Shown here: in pieces, positions 24,275 to 36,151 of the stretch
Numbering within the stretch: the first letter of the stretch is position 1
Layout of the letters: each line of letters begins with the position of its first letter
NCBI GenBank assembly: GCA_964187785.1
Contig: OZ076409.1
Location: forward strand, 37,822,001 to 37,886,000
Reading direction: 5' to 3'
DNA: 64,000 bases
From: Amphiscolops sp. MND2022
Taxonomy: Eukaryota
Translations under genes and position numbers: made by a program
The notes under the pieces: model-generated
What the model was told of the DNA's origin: nothing
Seen by the model: only the letters and a program-made list of their open reading frames with translations
The model's database searches: none

Positions 24275-26810
24275 CACATTTTTTCTTTGTTCTTCGCGGA
24301 CGATGCAAAACTTTTAACTAATGGCTTTTCTCAAAAATGGCACAAAAGGAGCTAGATGTACTGCTGGAGTGGACTAAACTAAATAAGTTGCCCTTTGATA
24401 TGGATAAATGCAACCATATGGAAATTGGTGAAAGTCAAAAACACTGAACTTTAGAGCCGAACTAATACACAGGGTGTCAGTTCAATCTGACTTGGGCTTA
24501 ATGATCTCAAATGATTTGAAATGGAATTTACACATAGACAAAGCCTGCTCGAAAGCTATCAGAGGCTTTCACATGATCAAACGCAACGTATCAAACCTCA
24601 ATACAGAAGCAAAAGTAAACCTATATAAACTTATTGTGGTGCCGGTCATCTTACATAGGTGCCCATGCTATGGAATGAGCAAATATGTAATATCTGAACT
24701 ATAAAATGTCCAAGGAAGAGTCGTTACTGGATTAAATTGCGCTTCCAAACAAACGCAATACTCTCTATCAATTTTACCCTTACCTAGGTACATCCAGATC
24801 AACAATCTTCTACTTTTTAAAATGCAACCAGGTCTAAAAATGCTTACGCGTCTACAATGTTAAAAATAACTCTGTACTCAAGTTTATGCCGCCAAAGTTT
24901 GTCTCAGCTGAAAAGACCGAACAGAAAGATACTGGAGGAAGAATACTTCTTTCAAACATGCAGACTAGCAGACTCCCTAAAAATTGGCCTACTCAACCAG
25001 ATCGACCTTAAGAACACGCTAATAAACTTCTTCTTGAGTAACTTCAAAAATTACGACGAAAGATTCAAATGCTCGCGGAGACTAGCATTTGATTTTACGC
25101 TAAACAATTGCAGAAGCAAGACGTCAGTATACATAAACTATTTACGATTAATTTATGACTGAAATCTTTCCAAATAATGGTCATTTTTTGAACTACATGT
25201 TTTCATATATGGACCTTGCATGAACTAAATGTTTTGTATATGGTCATTGAATGACTTGCACGCTTTCCATAAAAAATTTCAGTTAAACTGAGGTGATTCC
25301 TTTGGAAGAGTAGTGGCCTTCGGCTATTCGCTCTGAAGGTGGAAACGGAGATCACCGCTCTTCCACATCCAGTATCAATATTTGGAAAACGTTTTGTCCA
25401 TAACATATTCTTGTGTTGTCATTGTATAGATTGTTTTTTTCTTGTATGGCTTAGCTGACTTCATACATCCATCACCAAAAATGAATTTTAATGATCTAGT
25501 TGTTCTTTGTATGGAGGTTAACCCAGGTTGAAATATTTGGGGAAAATTGGTGACAGGAAAAGTTAATTTGGTAGCTAGTTTTGTAAATTGATTGATGGCA
25601 AGAGCCAATTAACATTCCCACATCAACGAAATTTTCTGATTGACTGATATTTACCAACATTGTGAAGCAAAAGCCAATTTTTATTTTCAGTAAACAATCA
25701 AGCAAAGGTTCACTCATTAAGCGAAAGTTTCACTGAGATGGTTTTGAAGGCAAACAGGTCTTGGAGCTACAACAAAGTTTAAAAAAATCGTTCAAAAAAG
25801 AATAAGCCGAAGGAGACAATGCAAATAATTGGGGAAACTTAAGAATTTTGCGGACGTTGAAAACTCGCATCGTAATAACCGGTTATTATGTGAAACGCGA
25901 CTATTATAGTGACTTTTTTAATCCACACGAACTGACCAAAATAGTTCTACAAATACGAATTTTTATGGTGTCAAATTTAACCATTTGGCCTAGCAAACTG
26001 AACCAAAAAGGTTTTTCCGCGTAACTTACAGTACCGGGTGAGACTAAAGGGCCCCCTTGAGTTTTTTAAGCATTCTTAGACCAAATAATTTTCCCCAAAA
26101 AATGGTCCCCTTCAATTTTTTGATGTTTTGCAAAAATGGATGTTAAAAATCCGAAAGGGTCCTTGGTTGTGATCAGTATGGGAAAATATAAAATTATAAG
26201 TTCTTCAACCTAGGAAATTGCTCACGAATTTGCGATTGTTTTGTTTAAAAAACGTCATTAGCCATAGCGTAAAAAAGAAAAACTTTCATTATTCGTCCAT
26301 GTTCTAGATCGGAAAGAAAAGTTATCATTCGGTGAATTTGATGAAAACTTTTGCTAAAACGAATTTCCACAGCATTGAACGATAAACAATTGGCAACTCA
26401 ACAATTTTTAAACATTAAAATGGGAGTTTTTCCAGAATAAAAACCCCAAAGTTCCAAAACATTCAAATATTCATGGTAACCTTTTCTGCATGCGATTGTA
26501 GAAGCTCACGTCATTCTCTCTCTTCGAATTAGAGTCACAGACATTCACCGTCATCATTTAAAAAAAAATCCCTGGAGATCCTTTGTCGGTGTGATTCCTT
26601 GAAACTGTCATAAGCTGCATCAACAGCTATGTTGTATCTGCAGAATCATTGTCTTAGATTGCTGTAATCAAAGCTCTTTGTTTTCTTGCATTCACTATGT
26701 TGCTCATGGGGCAATCAATTTCCTTAGACATCCGATGGGTTTGCTCTTTTCAGTATAGTCTCAATAACCGAGTTTCTTTGAAATAACTGAGTCTGTAAAT
26801 ACCGAGTTTG

Positions 26811-27521
26811 TGTAACGTCCACCACTCAGCACCAAATTTTCGATGAAAAATTCGATCAAGAACCAGAAAGTGTGCGAGTCAAAATGGCCGACCTGGCAGG
26901 TCGTTGAAACAAAAAAGAGAGAGAGAGAGCACGCAAAAAAAGAGCAAGAGAAGAAAGGAACCAGAAAGCAGAGCGACTATTGACGTGAAGATTCGCACAG
27001 AGCCGAATGTGACGAGTGCTACCCGGTGTTATGTCATCCCTCTGGGAGAGAATGCAAAACCGTTCCAGAAGGACATGACTGGATTCCCGAAAACCTACAA
27101 ACAGTAACTGTACTCCCTTTTGGGGCTCGTCCCCCTTAATTTGTTGATTCGTAATATATTTTTCTGTTTCGCTTATGCCAGACCTTCTAGGTCAGCACAT
27201 CATGTCCCTAACTGTCAAAATGGTATTTTTTGGATAAACATTTTTTGGACCTCGGAAGTATGTAGGAAGTCGTAGGAAGGCTTAGGATTGTGTAGGAACG
27301 TTTTTACAGGCTTGTGGGGCGTGTCCGGACTTTGAGAGTGCCGGCACGTCGCCTCGGAGCTCTAACTAGAGGAGTCTCCTTAGACGTTAGAAAAGTCCCC
27401 CATGGAGACCATTTTGGGAGAAAAGCCAGTGTCTAGGAGTGTAGTAAGACAACGGTCTCCTGTTTAAGCACCCTAGACATTGTCCCACTTCCGGGATGTG
27501 CGCCGCTAGCCGGACGTTACA
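26811..27521 (+). repeat. 5' LTR of E2 (711 bp)
   Basis: TGTAACGTCC...GGACGTTACA. Confidence 0.96.
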
Positions 27522-27537
27522 TCTGGAATAGTTTTTA

Positions 27538-27555
27538 TGGCGACCACAGAGGGAT
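27538..27555 (+). promoter_or_regulatory. Putative primer-binding site, resembling the complement of a tRNA-Arg 3' end
   Basis: TGGCGACCACAGAGGGAT, 16 nt after the 5' LTR. Confidence 0.6.
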
Positions 27556-30304
27556 ATTTTTCCTTACCGCGTCCTGCGAGGAGCAACTCCTGCTTTCCGG
27601 CCCTGTAAGGTCCGGATCTAGGAGAAGCTTTTGGGAGGGTCCTAGATTGTTTTTACTGCTTTTTTCTAGCCCTTTGGGCCTCGTGTTAGTGTTTTTCCTG
27701 CGTTTCCTGCATGTTTCCGATGTCCCCAGCCTGAAAAAGACAGTTTGAAACAGTGTACCCCCTTGCACCTTATCTGTACTTGTTAAAAGAGCTATTCCGG
27801 CCTATCCGGAACGTGTTTTAACGGGTTTTCCAGCTTCTTTTCAGCTAATTGGCAATGTACAGGGACTGCGAGGACGGTTCGTGAAGACCCGAGCTAGCTG
27901 AGTGCAGGACTACAAGTGCTTCACGTCATAGCCTCTTCCTCCCCACCTGGTGCCGATTCACTGAAGACAGCTGGGTTATTTCGTTCCCTTTACGTTTTCT
28001 AGCCCAAAATTAGTATTCCCAGGCCTGTTTTTGCATAAACTAACTGAGAAAAATACCCACAGGGTGTTTGCATCAATTATTTTAAAGTTTGAGCTCGAAA
28101 ACATCGAAAATAACACTAATAATAGCTCAAATATCGAATTTTCCCGTTTTGGAAGCCAGAATTTTGTAGAATTGTATACGGCCTATGGGAATACCTGAAA
28201 AACGTTCTGTCAGACCTACCAGGTCGAGAACAAAATTTTTGTTGGGCTGATTTTTCGAAAAACATGAAAAATTCAGCAATTTTTGTTTAAAAATCGGCAA
28301 AATTGGCCATTTTGACCAGTTTTAGTAAGGGCGAAGCCTTGGGCGTTTGTTCCCAAGCCTCTTGAAAGGCCCAAAAATTTTGTTGTTGAGCTTGGTAGTA
28401 CGCAATACTACTACCAAGACGGTTTTTGATTGCCCCCATTATAAATTGAAGTTTTAACATCACTTTTCTTTCATTAAAATAGACCTGAGTGAAGGACCCC
28501 CATAGACCTGAGAGTTATTGAAATCAAATTAATTATTGCAACTACCCCAGCCCCCTGAATAAAGTTATTACGTGTCCTAACTCTACTAATAAAACCAAAC
28601 GGAACACCAGAGAACCAAAAAAACATCGGATTATTGACGAAAACACGTATTTCCAGTACTGTTCCGAGGGTGTAAAAAGTGCAATCGAGAAATTTTGTGA
28701 GAGACCTTGTTTGAAACCTACCAGGTTTTGCTTGCCTATTTCCAGTTAATAGAGAGCGTAACGTTGCAAACGCCGAAAACCGCAAGCAATTCTGAGCAGT
28801 GGTTGTTGAGAAATAGTCGAAAACGCACAATTTTTGCGTCAATTTCGGAATTCGGCAACCTCGTATTTTCAACAAGTCGAAATGTGTCCTAACAGGAAGA
28901 GCTAAAAACAGATTGCACAATCGTGTAGAGCGCAAAAAGTTACGCTAGTAGCGTGATTTTGATAGCCCTACTGTGAATACCCGCAGAGATAACTCAGCCG
29001 CAGTTTTGTTCAGAAAGTGTACCAAATTGCCGAAAAATCGAAAATTTGATTGAGCCTGGTGTGATATCTCCGGGATATCCCGGCACCCTAATTTTCCTAT
29101 TTTCGTCCTCGGGGTACCAAATCCCGACGATTTGTGCAATTTGAGCAGCCGACTACCAGCCGAAGCTGAGAAATTGACATTTTTGTGATTTTTGACCCGA
29201 AGAAGTGGTACCTCTGGTACATGAAGGTTTTGTCACTTCGGACCGCCCGATATTGATCCAGGCACCTCGCCGCCAAATTTTTCTGTTGCGTAAGCATAAG
29301 TTACGCTCGCATGCGAAATTTCAGGTAGCTGGGACGTCTAGGACGCGAGTTACACCACTTTTTGCGAATTTCACGACATGGTCAATTTTTCGGTAAACAT
29401 TGTTAAGTGGCCGTAACACCCATTGGGTCACTTTTGGCGCAATCGGAGAAAAATTCCCCACGATTTAGCCAGTATAATACCCAGTGTGAAATTTTCAGGT
29501 CGCTAGCAGCACTAGAAGTGATTTTCACCTTCCCCGGAGGTGTTACTTGACGAGAAAAACAGCGTTTCGGGCGAATTTTGACTGAAAACCCGCGCACTTC
29601 TAGTCCTGACGTGCCTCACTCAGGGCTGAAACGACCTGTTTAGCGCATCAAGCAAATCCCACACGGCTCACTGAACTTACAAAATCCGCGTAAGGTTGGC
29701 CCCAAGACCAGCGACCTCCCACTAAACACTCTACGAGACTAAGAGACGGTAACCCTGAAAACCGAAATTCGTTTCTTGCCCGCCACCAAAGTCGCCCAGG
29801 TGCAATTTGCTCGTCATAACCACATATACTCTGCGCCTCGTGTACCCTGAGGGTGCGAGAGTGTGCCCGGGAGCACCAAAGTAGTCACAGACCAGGTCTG
29901 CGGGACGCGTAGAGAAAGTAGAACAAGTACACAAGAGACCACCCATATCGTTGTAAACACTTTTACCCACGAGCCGTGAGGCTATAGACCAGAGTACCAC
30001 TCAATACTCAACCCCCACATTCCCAATCAATCCCCAGATCATTCCCCGTCCATTGCCCATCCATTGTTCCCGAATCAACCTCGTCGTACAAGCGTATAAA
30101 ACAACCTAAAGTGACCCCCACTGCGCCCTGCGCGGGGGATACAATAAGAAATCTCCGCCGACGAGTTTGAAGCTAACCCAATAGTTTTCAGTTAACGGTA
30201 GCAACAAGGCTTGCGGTCACCTAAAAGTAGAAGTCAACTTAGCGTGTAGTAATTTGTAGTGGTGATCGCCAAAAAAAATCAAAAAAAAATAAAAAAAAAT
30301 TTTT

Positions 30305-31000
30305 TTGCTAAGAAAGCCAAACCTTCTCCTAAGTGAGGGAAAAGCAAACGAACATTCAGTTAAACCAACCAGCGATAGTGTGCCTAGTGCACTCCGAGAG
30401 TGCAGGAAGGACCTGCCCGTGAGCAAAGACGTTCCCAGTAACCCGCGCATTGCGCTAGAGATATTCGTGCGCCTGCATGGTCTCCAGCGAGAACAGACTC
30501 GAGCTGTAGGCGAACAGTACGCTAGGGGAATACAAACATTTAAGCAGCTATTCACCCAGCATGGTCATCAAGAACTGGCGGACGGACTGCCAAACCTGGA
30601 GCCAACCGAAGCTATCCCGGGAACTAGCGGGTTGGGCGAAGCTGCCTCTGGCAGCCCCCAGACCGTCCCTCCCACATCACACCTCATTCAAGACACCGAT
30701 GAGTCATTGATGGAAGGGGTACAAGACGATATCTCAAACGTCATGCCACCATCAGAGGAGCCCATGACCGACAATAATTTCACACTCTCTGATGCCGCTA
30801 CCCCTGTAAGAGACGAAGTGGAGACTAGTATCTCAAACATGGAGGCGGCGGACATAGAGTCGGAGATTAACAACCTACTGACTATGGATGAGGAATCATC
30901 GCCCCCCTCCGAGGCGCCCGATTCGGCCGTCCAAAATGCAGTGAACACCATGGCCAGCACTTCCACGCAGGAAGCCCCACAAGATCAGCTGTTGGGATAA
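30305..31000 (+). CDS. Orphan ORF of E2: helical N-terminal part and acidic, Ser/Pro-rich tail
   Basis: 231 open codons with higher GC than the flanks, at the position where E1 has gag; first in-frame ATG only near 30710. Confidence 0.5.
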   Translation: MLRKPNLLLSEGKANEHSVKPTSDSVPSALRECRKDLPVSKDVPSNPRIALEIFVRLHGLQREQTRAVGEQYARGIQTFKQLFTQHGHQELADGLPNLEPTEAIPGTSGLGEAASGSPQTVPPTSHLIQDTDESLMEGVQDDISNVMPPSEEPMTDNNFTLSDAATPVRDEVETSISNMEAADIESEINNLLTMDEESSPPSEAPDSAVQNAVNTMASTSTQEAPQDQLLG

Positions 31001-31595
31001 AGGAGTCCTCTGGACCCTCCAACACCACTGGAATACTGTAAAGCACAGAAGACCTTATTGTCAAAACATTGGTGCAAACTTTTGGTTTTAGTTATGCTAC
31101 GCTATCTCACTGGTGCTGAAAACTTTCGGTGCAATAAAGTTTGATTTCAAAATTTTTTGTTTGATATTTACTTTACTATGCTACCAATGCAACAATACGA
31201 TATCGCTACGTCCTCTGGGCGGGTCCCGGTTCGGTACCCTCCCGTTTCGATTTGAATTTAAAATTTCTACTAAGCCCAAAAGCTGTTGTTACTCACCTGG
31301 CCGCGCAGGGGCCCAATTTTAGAAAAAGAAATTTTAACTTGGACTGAGTAATTAGTGAAAAAGTTTCTTCTTTTTTTAAAGAGCCGACTGTAGAGTTTTT
31401 AACCTCGAAACTAGTGCTTTTTGAATTTGATGGCTTTGGAATGCTAAACATGCAGTAACGAAACGAAAAGAATAGTAATGTGAGATCAATTTAGTTCAGC
31501 TCTAATGTAAAAATTTTTGTGTAAATCTCAGAGTACCCTTTGGGTGCGAACATCCTCTCGTTTGCCGAGGACGACAAACTACGGCCCGGGGAGGA

Positions 31596-32309
31596 TGTAA
31601 CGTCCACCACTCAGCACCAAATTTTCGATGAAAAATTCGATCAAGAACCAGAAAGTGTGCGAGTCAAAATGGCCGACCTGGCAGGTCGTTGAAACAAAAA
31701 AAAAGAGAGAGAGAGAGCACGCAAAAAAAGAGCAAGAGAAGAAAGGAACCAGAAAGCAGAGCGACTATTGACGTGAAGATTCGCACAGAGCCGAATGTGA
31801 CGAGTGCTGCCCGGTGTTATGTCATCCCTCTGGGAGAGAATGCAAAACCGTTCCAGAAGGACATGACTGGATTCCCGAAAACCTACAAACAGTAACTGTA
31901 CTCCCTTTTGGGGCTCGTCCCCCTTAATTTGTTGATTCGTAATATATTTTTCTGTTTCGCTTATGCCAGACCTTCTAGGTCAGCACTTCATGTCCCTAAC
32001 TGTCAAAATGGTATTTTTTGGATAAACATTTTTTGGACCTCGGAAGTATGTAGGAAGTCGTAGGAAGGCTTAGGATTGTGTAGGAACGTTTTTACAGGCT
32101 TGTGGGGCGTGTCCGGACTTTGAGAGTGCCGGCACGTCGCCTCGGAGCTCTAACTAGAGGAGTCTCCTTAGACGTTAGAAAAGTCCCCCATGGAGACCAT
32201 TTTGGGAGAAAAGCCAGTGTCTAGGAGTGTAGTAAGACAACGGTCTCCTGTTTAAGCACCCTAGACATTGTCCCACTTCCGGGATGTGCGCCGCTAGCCG
32301 GACGTTACA
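31596..32309 (+). repeat. 3' LTR of E2 (714 bp)
   Basis: By eye it differs from the 5' LTR by a 3-nt A-tract extension and two substitutions; preceded by the PPT. Confidence 0.96.
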
Positions 32310-33990
32310 TTGTAAATTACCGAGTTTGTAAATAACTGAGTCTATTTAACCGAGTTTCTTTCTCCCTTCAAGATTCCGAACCACTTCTAAATTTTTTCAT
32401 TGTCTCCGAAGGAGATTTTCAGCTTTTTGATCTTTTCCGCTCCCTTAACGTGATTCTCATCGGATCTATCTGCCAAACTTACAATATCTCATTCAATTCA
32501 ATTCGAACTAGATTATCCTGGTATCACACGGAAATTGTGAAAGTTTGGTAATGTATCGGTTGCAATCGAAAAACGTTCTCGCTAAAAAGAATTGAGATTG
32601 GAAAATATTCCGGTGCTTATTGGTTGTCTTGCTCGACATTCTTTCGACCCGAATGTCGTCAATTCTTGAAAAGATGCCAGCTGTGTAACATGATACTTCA
32701 TCAAGGTTCAGCTTGAAAACTATGGAAATTAATTTTGTGCAAGTGATGAAAAATGAAAAATTAATTTTCTGATTGCTATTTTTTTGAATTCATTGAGAAA
32801 CTGCAAAAATCTAGACTTTAAAAAATGTGATTTTGCTGACTTCCGATTGATGAAGCGGATAGGGGAATTTGAAAAGTAAGAGGCAACCATGCTGAACCTT
32901 GATGCTATGATCTCTTGGCTTAAGCACTGACATAAAATTTTATGTCACTCAGTGCACGCTTTATGTTGTGCGCTGGGACTGAAAGAGAAAAACTTGGAAA
33001 AAAGTTCCTCACTGCTTGATTTGGTGCCAGTTAGTAGCGCGTTGAATATTCTGTTCAGAGGCAGATTACTTCTAATCATTGCTGGCGAAAAACTGTGATA
33101 GAAAAAATAATTTGCCTAACCAAATTTGCCTATTATTCAAACCAAATAACCCCTGTAATTAGCCTGTAACCCCTGTAATAATTTGGTTCAAATATATAAA
33201 TTTAGTCCGAATTTATATATTTGGTCCGAATCTGTCTTTGGTCCGAATTCAGCGCGTGCTCCGAGTTGTCGCATCACCCTTTCTACAAAACAAGTTTTTC
33301 TACAACCTAGATTTCAGAGCTATGTTATCTTTATTCCTTACATCTACATCTCAAGCTAAATAAATGTCGTGACCGGAAACACCATTCATTTTTGCAGAAC
33401 TTCTCCTTATAAGGCGGAACAATAGTGGCATTCAATTTGTTCACGACATGACATGAAAAGAAGTGGAACATTTCAACGTTGAATGATGATTGGCGTTTCC
33501 TTCCTGCTGGTTGTCTGTCTTATCTTGCAACAATAGAACCCCTCTCTTTTCATTTCACATAAACTGCTTCTTGTGATTTGGTCGCTGCTATTGACCCGTG
33601 CATACATTTACCAACATTGTCATTCGCCGCAACTTTCATCCCCAGAAACAAGGCTGTCAAGCAATTGGAAAAAGAGCGAAAAAAATACCAATTGGAACAT
33701 AGATTCCTTAAGGAGCATAGCCTTTTTGTTGTTTGTTAGCATTCACTATCTACTAGGTCACATTTTATATAGTCTACAGAAGCATATATGTAGTATACTC
33801 TGTTGGTATAATATATAAGTATAAGTGTGTGTATACACATTGAAGGTTCTCTGGAATAAGAGATGAATTTCATGCAAGCATATTTATATTTTCTCTCCAT
33901 TCTCCATCACCGCGGCTCCTAGCTGCCTAAAAAGGCGAAGACGTTGTCGACTGCGCTCACTTTCTATTAGTGTCTGTGTTTTTGTTGCAG

Positions 33991-34118
33991 TCCGGCAGTA
34001 CCACAGTGACCAAGAAGGTTCCTCGTCTGCTCGGAGACACGCATTCTCTCTCTCCACCAGATCATCAACGCCTTCAACCGCCTCCACTGTGATACACAAC
34101 CCACAACAACCACAACAG
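33991..34118 (+). CDS. Putative host-gene exon A (RQYHSDQEGSSSARR...HNPQQPQQ)
   Basis: TTTTTGTTGCAG acceptor; GC-richer open frame; ends CAG|GCATGA (possible GC donor), in phase with exon B. Confidence 0.55.
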
Positions 34119-35140
34119 GCATGACCGGTCAACTATTATTGCGACCACATAATTCAGTTCATACATTCTACATTCTGGACTATTTCTGATTATTTTGTTG
34201 GAGCATTTTGTAAAGTATTTTCAACTGAAATCAAATGAAGCAACCCTAGGTTACAAGAATCACAAATCTTGCAAAATTCTTCCCAAATTCTTGCCAACTT
34301 TGCATTTCTTACAAAAATCTTACAAGTTTGTACAAGAATCTCAAATTTTGCAAATTTGTTACAATGTCGAACATTTCTTACAAGATTCAGATAACATTTC
34401 TGCAAAAATTGTATTTTTCTGTTAAAAAATCTTACAAAAAATGCGATGTGTAATTTTGACTAAAAATTCGTTCAAGACGATAACATCCGTTCAATTTTGT
34501 GTCTTTTCTGAATAACATCGTTTTTAAAGGTCTGAATGAATGAGGGTCTGTTTCTCAAACAGGGTTGCCGTAATGGCCCGGGTAGCATCAAGGACGCTTT
34601 TCGACACCGTGTTTCCTGAAGCCGCTTGTAGGTAGGATTTTGGGTTATGGATTTTGGGTTAGATTAGCGTAAATTTTAGATGGAAATAGTCCACATTTAA
34701 ATAATCGATGGAATAAGATCTAAAAACACTATTTCACTGGAATTACGTTTGAAATTTACTGTTTTCTGATACAATAACGTCTAAATTCACTTCGTCCAGT
34801 TTAAACTATCGCTTTTTGGCGAAGTTACCAAACCTTGAAAGTTTTTTAGAAATTGCCTTGTCAAACTTTTGAGCCAAAATATCTTGAATCATAGAGACAG
34901 AAACATAAGGATTTTTGCATATGCCCTGTCGAAGTGACATACCTTTATCGTGAATGCTGTTTTTAACACAAAAAAGTGTGAGAAATTAATTTTAATCTTT
35001 GTCTAATTTGAACAGAACGAAATATATAATTTCTATTTTCGGAAGGAAGACAAAAACTAATTTTCTTTTGGGACATAGTACAAAAAGATATTAAATTGAA
35101 TAGCCTTTTTTCTCAAATTTATTCGGTCACTTCTGTACAG

Positions 35141-35423
35141 CCACAGCGTGGCGATCAGAACTCAAGCGGAGGGGCATTCAACAATGAATCTACGGATAGT
35201 TCGGCCAACGACAATTTTCTAAACTGGTCCATTCTCAAAAGGCACAACAAAAACAGCAGCAGCGGTGGTAATAATGCTAGTGGGGGTACCGGTGGCGCCA
35301 ATACTTCCCGAAAAGAGAGCTACAATGGCAACGGAGAAGGAAGTGGCAGTCTTTATACAGGTCAACTTGTGACTGTTACAGAAAACAACAAGAAAAATTC
35401 AAATAAAACAAACTACGAATCAA
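35141..35423 (+). CDS. Putative host-gene exon B (Asn/Gly/Ser-rich)
   Basis: CTTCTGTACAG acceptor, open frame PQRGDQNSSGG...KTNYES, donor AA|GTAGGT (phase 1). Confidence 0.65.
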
Positions 35424-35472
35424 GTAGGTCCCATTCTATCTGCTCAAATTTTTTGTTTATTTTCACAGCATA

Positions 35473-35799
35473 ACAGCCCAATATAAAACATCCTTGTGAT
35501 TGCTGTTTCCTATTTCGTTGACTTTTAAAAAAAATAATTATGGGGTGTTAATGTCGAGAAAAGAAATATAATTTCAAAAAATTACAAGCCGCTAAAATTT
35601 CAACTTATTTTCGTGACATGTAGATTACCAAGAGGTGCATCTCTTGGTAATCTATATGTCACGAAAATAAGTTGAAATTTTAGCGGCTTGTAATTTTTTG
35701 AAATTTTATTTCTTTTCTCGACATTAACACCTCATAATTATTTTTTTAAGTCAACGAAATAGGGAAAAGCAATCACAAGGATGCTTTATATTGGGCTGT
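35473..35799. repeat. Fold-back inverted repeat, arms about 160 bp, a few mismatches
   Basis: ACAGCCCAATATAAA...GATTACCAAGAG-GTGCAT-CTCTTGGTAATC...TTTATATTGGGCTGT. Confidence 0.95.
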
Positions 35800-36151
35800 C
35801 GGCGTAGCATGCTGGTTTTAGACGGAAGTGATGTGTTACGCCGACAGGCAATTGAACCTACAAACCATTGGGCTGAGAAGAATGGTTATTTTGAAGCATT
35901 GTTGATCAGTTTTAGACCAATGGCTTTGATATGATACTTTTCAACCAATCTTTTCAACCAACTTTATTGAATGAAATAGACGAATGATCGCGACTAAATA
36001 TTTGAACTTGTTGAAGTTAAGTAAACGTCTTTAGGAGTAGTCCTTTCTTTCAACGAGAATGAAAATTTTTAAAAATAAAACGAGATGAAAAATAGAAGCA
36101 AAACACGGGAAGATGACATAGTAGTATATACAACACCAGTCGAAAGTAATA

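Larger units (their letters stand above)
26811..32309 (+). mobile_element. Non-autonomous LTR retroelement E2 (LARD-like), young, related to E1
   Basis: Two near-identical LTRs, PBS-like site, PPT, no gag/pol motifs; empty site present in duplication copy 1. Confidence 0.93.
24275..32534 (+). repeat. Tandem segmental duplication, copy 2, interrupted by E2
   Basis: Starts at ..TTTTCTTTGTTCTTCGCGGACGATGC and ends at ..CTGGTATCACACGGAAA, like copy 1. Confidence 0.92.

Noticed and set aside
26904..27107. Basic ORF repeated at 31689-31895
   Set aside because: Lies within the LTRs, starts at TTG and arises from purine-rich repeats; no coding evidence
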